This document shows, in pieces, positions 23,533 to 36,200 of a DNA stretch of 64,000 nucleotides (its first letter is position 1; each line of letters opens with the position of its first letter). The notes beneath the pieces are model-generated. The model had not been told where the DNA came from. It worked only from the letters and a program-made list of their open reading frames with translations, and did not search any database. Made by a program: the position numbers and the translations under genes. Source of the stretch: Ylistrum balloti (lineage: Eukaryota); the NCBI RefSeq assembly GCF_031769215.1, contig NW_026781955.1:1178001-1242000 (forward strand), given 5' to 3'.

Positions 23533-26500
23533 ATGGAACTTGAAGCAGCAGCGGACGGCAGACATGGAGCTACCGAAGACCAAATAAAAGAGGTAAGTTG
23601 ACGTTAATTTGAGGCAAGTTGCGTCTAGTAACAGGAATTGCAGAAAATTTGTGTACGTTCAAATAATCCGTTACACATGTATGTATCTGCCAATCATTGT
23701 TTACATGTGTAAAGGCAGGGTGTGCATGTGTCTGGCAGGGGGGGAGGGGCAGGGGGAGAGGTGCAGGCGGTTGTTGATATCGTTACGACACTACAGTGTC
23801 AATCAAGAGAGCTACGAATTGAAACAGGCAGCATATTTTCTATCTGATATAAAACAGTACTGGCCTTTCAAATATATTACTATGGCGACGTTACTCGGTA
23901 TGAGCATACCAACGTCGCTGACCTCTTCCTTTAATCAGTGCAGTGTATTAAGTAAATAAAAAAGACTGAACAAAAAAGACAACTGTTAGATGAGAAACGG
24001 TAATGAGAGATACGTATCAAGGCCTCTGTAAATATCCTTACCTAAACGTACATACAAAACTGCAATATCAGCGATAATATGAGTGTATGTATAACAATGT
24101 AGATGTCACATATCCATGGTAGTAGTGTACAAATCCCTTGAACTGTATGCATTATTATTGATTTTCTTTTAACTTTTTACGAAATGTTTGTTTTTAGTTG
24201 CACGTGCGTAGTCAAGGGCGATCTGGTCATTAAAATGTTGTGTTGATGAAACACAGATATCCATCTGGAATTTGTTGTATTAAGCATTGGACACACAACA
24301 AAGATAAATGTATGGCTTTTATCGACTATAATGAGGAAAGGTGGTTCGTGGGCAACAGTGTGGTGATCTGGTATTTTATACTGCTGATATGTATCAGGAC
24401 TCCATGTCAAAGTGTATATCATATATCACACTTACGATATTGTTCTATAGATGTTGTGTACTGTGAAAGGAATGTTATGATTTCTCTTTTGTAGTTTATT
24501 GTTTTTTCGATCAGTCAAGTTGTATGGCTTGTGTAACATCCTGCCCTATTTTGGTGACAATGCAATGCTATTTATGTCGTTGCTCATGCGTAATAACGTA
24601 ATCGATAAACTGCCCCCGGTGACACGGGTAATCTCCGACACCAACAAGGCTAATTTAATCATATGTGTTAGGAGAATAAGACATGTCTATCTCTGCGCTA
24701 CATTGCATATTAAAAAATGACATGTTTAAGCTTAGGTATATCTTCTACGTATCTTTTTTCTAACGAAAACAATGATAACAGAAATATCAGCTATAGTAAG
24801 TACCGAGGTAACATCAATAGTAAGGTTCAGTGTCCCGGATGTTGAAATGAACAAAAGAACATAAGGTTGGCGTATTAAGGTATGTGTTTTAAAAATAAGA
24901 GGAAAGGCAAGGACGGTGTCGCTGTTCAAATACAGCCATTTATTTGTAATTTTAAAAAAAATAGCAAATATTTCAAAATGAGAAAATAGATGTAAAAGAT
25001 AAAAGAACCTAATGCAGCCAGCTACTGACATTGCTATTACATACAAAAGTTCGTTCGGCCACAGTATGTTTCTGCTGACAAATTCGATATATACCTTGTC
25101 CATTCTAATCACAGAAATTCTTAGTAAAACTTTAATACACATTGACTCTATACTAAGTAAAATATACCAATTTAATAAGAAAGGAAAATTGATATAAAAT
25201 GAAAATGTAAGTTGAACACGTTATTCATTACCATGTGGTAAACCCATTTACATGACTCGATATGTTATAAAAAAACTTACGAAACAAAAGTAATAACAAC
25301 ACTAAATTTCCTTAATGAATTATTGTTAATTAGCCAGCTATCACATGTGTATGCATTTGTAAAGTTACAGTATAGTAAATATATTGGTGTATACATGTAT
25401 AAAGGGAATGCTTTGTAACCATGTCACAATGATCTGACTGCTAGCTGAAGGATTGAGAATAATGGTATGGTTCAATATAGGTCTGGTTGTTCAAGGAATC
25501 ATCAACATAATTTTGACAAATGTATGATTTCCGTAACCTTTCAAGATATATCTGTTTTTCGCAACTTTTTGGACAGTCTCCAAAAAGTCGGTATACTTGT
25601 AATATCGATTTTTGATTATTTGATAGGTAAAAATAGCCAATACAATCAAATTTATTTAACGGTAGGTTAAGCTTAACATGCTCCGTATATCAGGGTTACC
25701 TGTTCAAAGGCTCTAATCTGAGCATTACACAGCGGGGCCATGGAGTATGTATGTTATTACCTGGCATAGAAGGGTATATATATATATATATGTTCATACC
25801 ATTAATTCGTAACTTTCAATAATTTTAATTTATACATATTCATAATGACGACTAATATATATATATATATTATCGTTTCGTCTCGGTACATACATGAATG
25901 CATTTCATGATCAGATGTCATGAGAGAGTTTCAGATAGAAATAAGATCTGTCTTTAGCCTAAAATCAATGACAATCGTAAATATAAAGATTTGCCTACCG
26001 AGGTATGATTAAAGCAAATTTGAAAAACCGTTGTAATGGGCCTTAACGATATGTGTTAATTTCGCCATTACATATAAACGTATATATTAGCATTTATTAG
26101 CATTTATTAGTATAAATAATGGACGCAGTTTTAAAGCCTCTATGTCCATATGAAATATATACGCGGTAGATAGATATCAACGGAGTTGATGTGTATATAT
26201 ATTGATATCTATAGTCTATGTATGTAATGTGAGTTTGGTGTGTAAAGTGACCGTCTGAGACTACCGGATTTGTTTTTTGATTCAGAGATAAAATGACCGC
26301 CTTATAAAACAATTACCATCCGTGACATTCTAAAAACAGTTTAAAGATAGAGCAGAATTTACTGTCTCCTTACCCAGTTATGCTTAGCTTGCTTTGGATA
26401 CAAAACAATTCGGACTTGAGCAGGGCTTCCTAAATCACAACATTCTTCTGAAATATGTAGCATGTTGTTATTGTGTTATTATGTTTGCCATGTTAGGCCA

Positions 26501-29500
26501 GACGTCTCCAGGAACTGCTCTCTGGGCGTTTCACAGAAGAAGAAGCACTGCGTATACTAGAACACCATGACTGGAGTCTCCCCGCTGCAGTTAATTTCGT
26601 GTTTGAAAGTAAGTAAACAAATTTCTGTCAATGATATCAATTTCATCTTGAAGAGATAGTATATCGTATCTGCTTATAAAGAAAAAATAAAGGATATGTC
26701 CATGTGTACGATTTACAGGTGATGCGAAGTGGACGATCAATGATGTAAGCTTATTCAATAACTATTTGTCGTAAAAATTATCTGCCGTTTCTATTCTACA
26801 TGACAACTGAAATCCACATAATACGTATGATGAACAATAGCAGACATCTGGTAGTCTACGGATATGGCTAGTAGAATGTACAATCAATCTCAAAGAATTT
26901 TCATCAGAAATTTAATATTCGATCAGCTATTTTGTATCATGTGTTTCCATTAGTTTCTGAGAAAATGATATCCAACCAATTGTTATATAGGTGAACCACG
27001 ACAAGTGAGACAGATCTCAGGGGCAGGACAAGGGGTATGTAGTATTATATGATTTCCAGAGTGTACCTATACTGCAAAAGAAATCGTGTACCTTCTTGTG
27101 CTACCTACAATACTTCACATATCTACTATTGTAATCAGTGTTTTTTTCCTGAATTAGATTCTATTCTTTATAGAAATTTCTTCTCCAATTTTACGAATTT
27201 GAGGATATCCTTTGAATCAGTCATATCGTCATTTCGTGATAAAAGAGCACATTTTGTTTTTACCAAAGTGGACCACAGTTCTGGCAGATCATAATGTTCG
27301 CAATCTCGCCTTTCAAAATGAGGTACCATTTCAAGTCCGACAGTTTGCGTGTGAGGACAATGATAATGTGTGGTGGAGAAAAGTTCCGACTCGAAAACCG
27401 GTAAGTGATATAAATGACTTCAACAATCATGTAATGCAAGCCTTGATTAGACTTAACTTTCCAGTCCATCTTTCGATATCTCTTTGATATGAAAATTCGT
27501 CCGTATCTCACAAAACCATTGGACATCCTGAGGTATGAGGAAGTTTAATTCACTGTGATAGCATTATAAAGTCAGCTTCATTTCCACGCCTTGACGAGGA
27601 GGCTTTCACAAACATTTCGCAATCTCCTAAAAACATCTATTCAACACATGCGCTCAAGTCGCATACCCCGGGAGACCGTCCATACATTATCAAAATGATC
27701 TCTTGAGAATATATAGTCCTCGTGTCCACATTTAATGGAGGGTTGGTAGTGACATCTTGTGTTATGATTTGTTCATCAACTGAATCTCTTGTTTTTTTGG
27801 TTATACGAAATGTCTAAATGAGTTCGAGTTTATACATCCGCATGCACATTAAAATGCTGCACAAGGAAAGGGTGTCTGCTTTATTCTTTTGAATGATGAA
27901 TGAGAGCTAAACGATACTGGCACAAACATCCTTCTCGGCAAATGTTTGAACGCCTGCCTTGATTAGTCTGCCTTCAAAATAGATGTCATGTAATTTTGCA
28001 AAGAAAGAGTGAAGAAATGTGGGGACCCTCTGCATTTCTATGAACAGAAGACCGTTTGAAAATTTGTTACATCGTCCATTTATACAATGTAATCACACCA
28101 TTGCGTTAAATTCGTTTTTGTACATATAGAATATGTTGATTCTCGTGTTTTCTAGGTATCCAAATGTAAACATTGTCGGAGGCGTTTTGAAGCAGTTCCT
28201 ACAGATCGAGAGTGGGGATGGGCGAAATTCGTATGTAACTATTGTGGAAACGAATTCAAGTGAGTTTTGATATATGTTTATATAATTGCAATGTAACATG
28301 GCTTCATAATCATCAGATACTTTCTAGCTTCTGACTAATCTCTCAAAGCGTTTGTTAAAGAGGAACGCTTTGATAGTCGAAAAAAATGCACGAACAAGAA
28401 AATATCTGATTTAGATCACTGTGAAAGACTGAATGGGGAGTACGTTGTACCTAAAATTGTGTAACGGTTTATATGAATGATTTTAAAGTACATGTGTATA
28501 TTCTGAACTGTGCTTCTATGCGTGGGAAAGAAAAGGTTGCACACAAGTTTAAACAAATTTCTGTGACTAAATCAGAATGATAGTTTCAAAGATACAGATC
28601 TCTCTGAAGAAAAAGGATTTTTTACATGCTTTGAGTCTAACAGCTTATTTGTCCATGTATATTAATTAAACACATAACATAGTTTCAAACTTATTATCAT
28701 TTAAGCGCTTAAATAAGACTCAATGCGTCTTTATTTACTTCTTTTTTGCCCGACCAGAGTCGTTGGTTGATTTCTACATCTGGAAATCACAGACTATAAT
28801 TGGAGTCCATTATGTCCACTTACAAAAACATTTTTAATCAGCGACAACAAGACCCTCTCAAATGATGTGACCATCACAGAAAATCGACGATGGACTTAGT
28901 TATATTATATTCATGTCCAAAAGGAAAAGAAAATAAAAAAGTTAAGGATGCCTGTTATAACATCTATCGCTATTTTGAATGTAGATTCTTTTTGAATAAT
29001 TTTTCTTCTTGATTAAGTGGATTCGGCCAGATGAACAGTACATCATCGCCCTGCTATCATTGTGGAACAACTATCTGTCACGTGACAGAAATTTTCCCGC
29101 CTTACCGACACAATAGATCTGGCAGGAGGTCAAGGACCAGCCATACATGTACGGCACCAAACTGCTATAACCGGTCTCAAAGTATGTATTTCGGTTTGTA
29201 TCTAATGGTCGTTATTATGTTTAAATTATATAATGGTCCTTATCTATGTTAGTATATAATAGGAAGTATATCTGTTGGTATATAATGGGGAGTATGTCTG
29301 TCGGTATATGGGAGTATGTCTGTTAGTATATAATGGGGAGTATGTCTGTTGGTATATAATTGGGAGTATGTCTGTTGGTTATAATGGGGATTATGTCTGT
29401 TGGTATATAATGGGGAATATGTCTGTTGGTATATAATGGTAAGTATGTCTGTTGGTATATAATGGGGAGTATGTATGTTGGTATATAATGGGGAATATGT

Positions 29501-31375
29501 CTGTTAGTATATAATGGGGAGTATGTATGTTGGTATATAATGGGGAATATGTCTGTTAGTATATAATGGTGAGTATGTCTGTTAGTATATAATGGGGAGT
29601 ATGTCTGTTGGTATATAATTGGGAGTATGTCTGTTGGTTATAATGGGGATTATGTCTGTTGGTATATAATGGGGAATATGTCTGTTGGTATATAATGGTA
29701 AGTATGTCTGTTGGTATATAATGGGGAGTATGTATGTTGGTATATAATGGGGAATATGTCTGTTAGTATATAATGGGGAGTATGTTGTTGGTATATAATG
29801 GGGAATAGGTATGTTGGTATATAATGGGGAGTATGTCTGTTGGTATATAATGGGGAGTATGTCTGTTAGTATATAATGGTGAGTATGTCTGTTGATATAT
29901 AATGGGGAGTATGTATGTTGGTATACAATGGGGAGTATGTCTGTTAGTATATAATGGGGAGTATGCCTGTTAGTATATAATGGGGAGTATGTCTGTTGGT
30001 ATATAATGGGGAGTATGTCTGTTGGTATATAATGGGGAGTAGGTATGTTGGTATATAATGGGGAGTATGTCTGTTGGTATATAATGGGGAGTATGTCTGT
30101 TAGTATATAATGAAGAGTATGTCTGTTGGTATATAATGGGGATTATGTGTTAGTATATAATGGGGAATATGTCTGTTAGTATATAATGGTGAGTATGTTT
30201 GTTGGTATATAATGATTATGTGGTATATAATGGGGAGTATGTATGTTGGTATATAATGGTGAGTATGTATGTTGGTATATAATGGGGAGTATGTCTGTTA
30301 GTATATAATGGGGAGTATGTATTTGGTATATAATGGTATGTTGTTGGTATATCATGGGGTATATGTCTGTTAGTATATAATGAGGAGTATGTATGTTGGT
30401 ATACAATGGGGAGTATGTCTGTTAGTATATAATGGGGAATAGGTATGTTGGTATATAATGGTAAGTATGTATTTGGTATATAATGGGGAGTATGTCTGTT
30501 AGTATATAATGAAGAGTATGTCTGTTGGTATATAATGGGGAGTATGTCTGTTAGTATATAATGGGGAGTATGTATGTTGGTATATAATGGGGAGTATGTC
30601 TGTTAGTATATAATGGGGAGTATGTCTGTTAGTATATAATGGGGAGTATGTCTGTTGGTATATAATGGGGAGTATGTATGTTGGTATATAATGGGGAGTA
30701 TGTCTGTTGGTATATAATTTGGCGTATGTCTGTTGGTATATAATGGGGAGTAGGTATGTTGGTATATAATGGGGAGTAGGTATGTTGGTATATAATGAGG
30801 ATTATGTCTGTTGGTATATAATGGTGAGTATGTCTGTTGGTATATAATGGGGAGTAGGTATGTTGGTATATAATGGGGAGTATGTATGTTGGTTTATAAT
30901 GGGGAATAGGTATGTTGGTATATAATGGTGAGTATGTCTGTTGGTATGTAATGGGGAGTATGTCTGTTGGTATATAAAGGGGATTATGTCTGTTGGTATA
31001 TAATGGGGAGTATGTCTGTTGGTATATAATGGGGAGTATGCCTGTTGGTATATAATGGGGAGTATGTCTGTTGGTATATAATGGTGAGTATGTCTGTTGG
31101 TATACTTTCTTAGACTTTGATCTATGGTAACAAGAAAGAACTTAGAATAAGACCATTTATCACCTGCAGATGCTCCCTTCGGACCAACTAGATGTGTCCA
31201 TCCCCGATCTTTGAGACGCCAAGTGGTGCACCCAAGTCAGCGTCATATCAGTACGGGGTCGACTGTAGCCACATTCCTGAGTCAGGGAGACTTGGTTGCC
31301 TTCCAGGACTATCCAGGACCACGTAACATGCATGACATATCCGAGGATGGAAGTGACCATTCAGACAACAGTTAA
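23533..31375 (+). CDS. SHFL: Shiftless-like protein, paralog C (~273 aa, 7 coding exons; most similar to vertebrate SHFL)
   Basis: Exons: 23533-23592 [20 protein letters not shown]; 26497-26608 [37 protein letters not shown]; 26991-27034 [15 protein letters not shown]; 27269-27400 ...[22 protein letters not shown]; 28156-28259 [34 protein letters not shown]; 29018-29181 [16 protein letters not shown]...IFPP...[11 protein letters not shown]; 31170-31375 CVHPRS...[22 protein letters not shown]...*. GT-AG introns, 822 nt. Several of these exons are absent from the supplied ORF track. Confidence 0.94.
29262..31104. repeat. 26-bp minisatellite (~70 units) filling the last intron of SHFL-C
   Basis: Unit gttggtatataatggggagtatgtct with many point variants. 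It occupies ~1.84 kb of the 1.99-kb intron. Confidence 0.97.
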
Positions 31376-33275
31376 ATAGCATTTTCTTTGGATGTTTCGT
31401 AATTTTCTATTGCTGTTATCTCCGCCACTTTGCAATTTCTATTTTTTTATCAAGAGTATAAAAAACGTGAAATCACAACCGCAACTATCAGCAGAATAAT
31501 GGCATTGCATATGTAATTCTACTGAGGCAGCATTTGGTCCTGTGATAAAAGTATTTTTCTATTGCAATTGTATCACCCGTGTCAATTTTCTCCAGAAATT
31601 AGAAATGGGTCACAGGAACTTGGCACGAATTCCCAACCCATGGTCCATATATTTGTATTACAGTGACAAGGGTTGTAACTCAAGAAAAGGGAAAACTGAA
31701 CACAAGAGAGCATTTCATATATACCTAGACATTTCTACATACGGTTCGTCGTAGCTTGGTCAATACTTGATCTAAACATTATCTTGTACGTTATATATGT
31801 ATTACTTATAACTGGAATATCAAGGGAAAAACTACGCACGTTCAGTTTCCCTTCTCGGGAGTTATAGACCTTGACTCTATAACAGATATATATATGGACC
31901 ATGGGTTAGGAATTTATGCTAGGTTCCTGTTATATAGGGGCACAAAGGCAAGCATTAAAAGATGGACACATACATGTTTTCGCGACTAAATGATAAGGAG
32001 ACTTGAAAAGTCGTTTTGTATATACGTGAGCGACCCCTCGGACGTGCATGCATGACGAACTGTTTCTGTGATATGAATTGAGTGTGTAAATATGCTTTGT
32101 TACCATGCAATGATAAAATTAGCGTTTATTTATAACAGCAAACGTTCAATAGATTAGAAAATATCAGTGATAAAGGTGGGAAAATGTGTTACTACAGAAT
32201 TATCTTAACTCTTTCCACAAAACATCATTCACCACGACTACGACTACTTATCAGTACAGGACATTCGTCATCACTCCCAGCAAGACGCAGTGATAAGTAG
32301 CATCTCTCGTTAAACAGAGTAACGTTAATCCTAAAGACCGCAATGACAAGGGTTATTTCCTTATACATTTAGCACTAGAGCATAGGAATGTTTATTTTCC
32401 TTTTTCTATTTCCCTTAATTCTATCAAAATTGAGAAAATAAGGAAGATGTGTCTTTATTGACGTTGTTGTATTAATGAATAAGATCACAAATAACATTGC
32501 TGACTCATATATCTTTTCCGTAGTCCACCTTTCAAGCAGGAAGCTCTTCGTTTGCTTTGTTTTTGTTCAGTATGTTCCAACTGTAAAACGAATTATTGAT
32601 AGATTTATAGAAAACAAATGTATTGTGTATTATTTATCGTTAAACTGCTAAAATAGGAGAGCACAATAAAACACACAAATGAAAATACAAATATTAAAAG
32701 GACCACAGAGGTCAGACACTTGGAATACAGACAGCAATACTTTAAAGAATCACCAACAGTGGCAAAGAACGAAATTTAAACAAATAGATTTTAAGAATAA
32801 TCGTGTTTATACAGTTTTAGTCATATTATTAATATATTGGTTAAGAAAAAAAAGTTTTCTGTTTCAATGAAAACAAAGTAGACACTTATTCATAATTTAC
32901 TTTGAACTTGGATTTAGTAAAAATCGTTTCCAATTTCCATGAAAAAACAATTTACACACATAGTAACAACTCCTTTCGAGTGACTTTGCCTATTGTTTAC
33001 GCTTAAAAATTATAAAAATACTGAAAAGATTTATATTTCCTTAATGGATATATTATCGCCAAATTAAATCTTAAGAAGCTGAAAGGGATAGAGCAAAATA
33101 GATGTCTGTTTCCTGTCATTCTTTTTTGTTGCGATGTATTTGTAAAACCGTATTTGGACTACCGAAATAGCAGAATTTACATCAGTATATTGCTCTTGTG
33201 TTTCACATAATGTCTTACAGAGAATTACTTGTATGTATCCTAATAGGCATAATTAAAGAACTGCGAACACTTTAA

Positions 33276-36200
33276 TTAATCTTTAATCTTTCTCACGAAT
33301 CGAAATATATCAGTCATATTCTGCCTGTACAAATACGCACCCGATGAGGTCTTCCCTCGACTCTGGAGCATCCCTTGCATTGGTGTTATCCGACGCGCAC
33401 CAAAGTTTGTCCCGAATCCACCATTCCTGCCTACCTGAAGTCTTCTAGAAAATGACCCCATATTCCTGACATTTCCTCTCGTGCCAAACGCTGTTGCTAC
33501 CGATCGACCGTCCGCTCTCATGGTGCTTCTGTTAGGTAAACCTAAGCCACGAAGATTGGAAGTACTACCCATCGAGACATTGGCTGTACCGAAGGGAGAG
33601 ACACGATTCGAGGTAAATCTGGAATTCTGGCTGAAACCTGTACCTCCGGAAGCTCCAACAGCAGTGGGATTAACAGTCACTCCTGCCGATCCAGTAGCCG
33701 ACCCACCCGCGCTGTTGGGAAGAACCATATATACTTTTATAGGAACATCTGGTCTGTCACCACTTCCAAATGTAGAAGAAAATGTTCCCGCCCTTCTGTT
33801 AGCGCTTTGGTCGTTTCCAGTTTGAACATTTGGAACACGGGAAGACGATCTTGCTACATTTCCCTGTCTTTGCCCCTGTAAACTATTCCCCGCTGTAAAC
33901 ATGTTCGGATTTGACCCTGAAGTACTAACTCGAGTAAAACTATCCCTAGGTCCGCCGGAACTGACTGATGGCTGAGTTTGACTACTTTGTTTTCCAGTGT
34001 GTTTTCTAGAAGCAATACTATTTTGTGTTCCGCTCGATGATACCGCAGATGGTATTGTACGTGTTTGAAACTTGTTTGAACCTCCAGATTTAGTGTTGGA
34101 CGGTTTGCTTGTTTGGAACACCATGTATGGACCACGGGATATGAATTCTGTTCTTGTCGAGGCAGCCTTTCTAGAGTCAGCCCTTTCTCCCTTGGGCTGT
34201 CGGTCAACTACATCTCTAGAAATTGATGTACCAGTACCCTTCTTAGAAGGTCGGATTTTCGACGCAGACGTTATTCGTCTGCCTTTCATTGACCTCAATG
34301 TACTTCCTTTTACATTGGCCTGACGATTGCCGGATAATTCGAATCTATCTGTGATCGGACCAATACCGAAAAATCCATCGTCTATACGCTGTCCTCTTGC
34401 TCCTGAGTCCGATTCTCCTCTGATGTTCTGATCAAAACTTGGTTGAGATTCCCTTTGGAGAGAAAAGTCTTGCACAGCTGTTGAACCTATAACGTCAGCA
34501 TTTAAAACTCCTCCATCGATAGAAGCCAGTAGTTCTTGTGCTCCACCTGTTCCAATCTGACCATCGCCTGTAATTCTGTTATTTGTGGCCATTCGAGTAA
34601 AAAGTGGAGTTCCACCAGTTTGACTTTCAGAGGCATCTATACCATCAAGTGTGTTTTCAATAACTGTTAGTGAAGCATCACTGTCTCTAGAAGGGGTGCT
34701 GAAAATTCTACCTAAAAGGTTAGAAATAAGACTGTTTCTAAGAGATGAAGCACTAATGCCTCCAGCATTAGTATCATCAGTGCGGAGAACCGAGGATTGG
34801 ATAGGTTGTAACAAATTGCCACTGACACCTCCGGATACAATATTTTGCTCTGAACCACCTACCCCGGAGCTGAATAATGAATTTCTCGCACCTGTGCTGC
34901 TAGCTTGCGTGTTAGAGCTTCTATCACGTTGTCCATTCATCTCGCTACGAGTTGGGATCTGTCTGGTAAGTGTACTACCACCAGTTCGCACAGAAGGTCG
35001 ACTTTGCACTGAGGCCTCTCTCATACCTTGATTAAAAGCCGTTGTGTCAACATTTTCACCTCTCATGACAGGTCCGTCCACACCTTGACTTTGGTCGATG
35101 CCAATGAATCTCACATCGTCAAAACTGTCAATTTGTCCGATGACGCCTCCGGCTGGCCTGGTTTCGTCCAAACCACTCAGAGTGGACATCATGTTCACCC
35201 TTCTACCAACATCTCGGGAAGGTCCGAGAGTCCGAGGGGCATCGGTAAGCTCAGATGACAATACAGAAAGTCCACTCTGGCCGGGAAAGGCTCTTGTCAA
35301 ACTGGCAGAATTGGCGGTTGAACCAAGGTTACCGGAGTCACGACGCAGCGAATTAATTCTACCTTGTCCAAATGTAACTTCGTCGTCCGAGAGGACGTTG
35401 TCCTCCGTGTTGGTTATGACAGTTTGTGGTGAAGGTCCCTGACGAAACAGAGTGCTAAAACTGTCGATGAAATTTTCAATGCTCTGCCGTTGAGCCGATA
35501 CGCCGTCGCCGTTTTCGGACAGAAGGGTACCAAAGATCTGACCATTCTTACCACGTCCTATTAGTCCCAGGTCGGTCATATCACTAGGAAAAATAGGACT
35601 CGCAGACATTTTAACCTTTGATTGGCGTTGTTTCGAAGGGCGTTCAATTTGGCGGTCTTTCTCTCTCATTCCATTTTGACGATCTTGAAACAATATTGTA
35701 AATACATGATAACACTTGCAGAATGGTTGTTTCAATCAACACTAATTATACCTTAATATGCATATTAATGACATGTCTTTGGGCAGCCTATTACACAAAA
35801 ATAAAACAGTCTTTTGAGCAACATTTTCATTTATATAGATAGCCAATCACGGTAAAGGATACATCTAATAAGAAAAAACGAAATCCTAGGACGATCAACA
35901 TTCCAAAGATTATAGGGGAGTGCTAGTAACCTTGGAATATGATTTGTTCTATCAATCTGATTTGTTCGATTTTATCGTAAGATCTAAATCTACAGTACAC
36001 ATGCTCTCTCCGCACAAGAAATGTGGGGAAAAACATACAAACGGAAAGAAAGAAAGACACACAAGCGTCAACAAAAGACAGCAAATCGAAATGACCGACA
36101 TGAAATAATTTTGGTACCTCCAATATGTAAATTACTAAAATACATAGCAGGTTACCATTATAACACAACTTGATTTTGTCAATGAAATACTGACTGTTTT

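Noticed and set aside
12886-31104. Regular repeat arrays as possible CRISPR-like arrays
   Set aside because: They are head-to-tail tandem units without unique spacers, in eukaryotic DNA with no cas genes.
33481-35442. Several plus-strand ORFs opposite the 819-aa ORF
   Set aside because: These are antisense shadows of a GC-richer coding exon.
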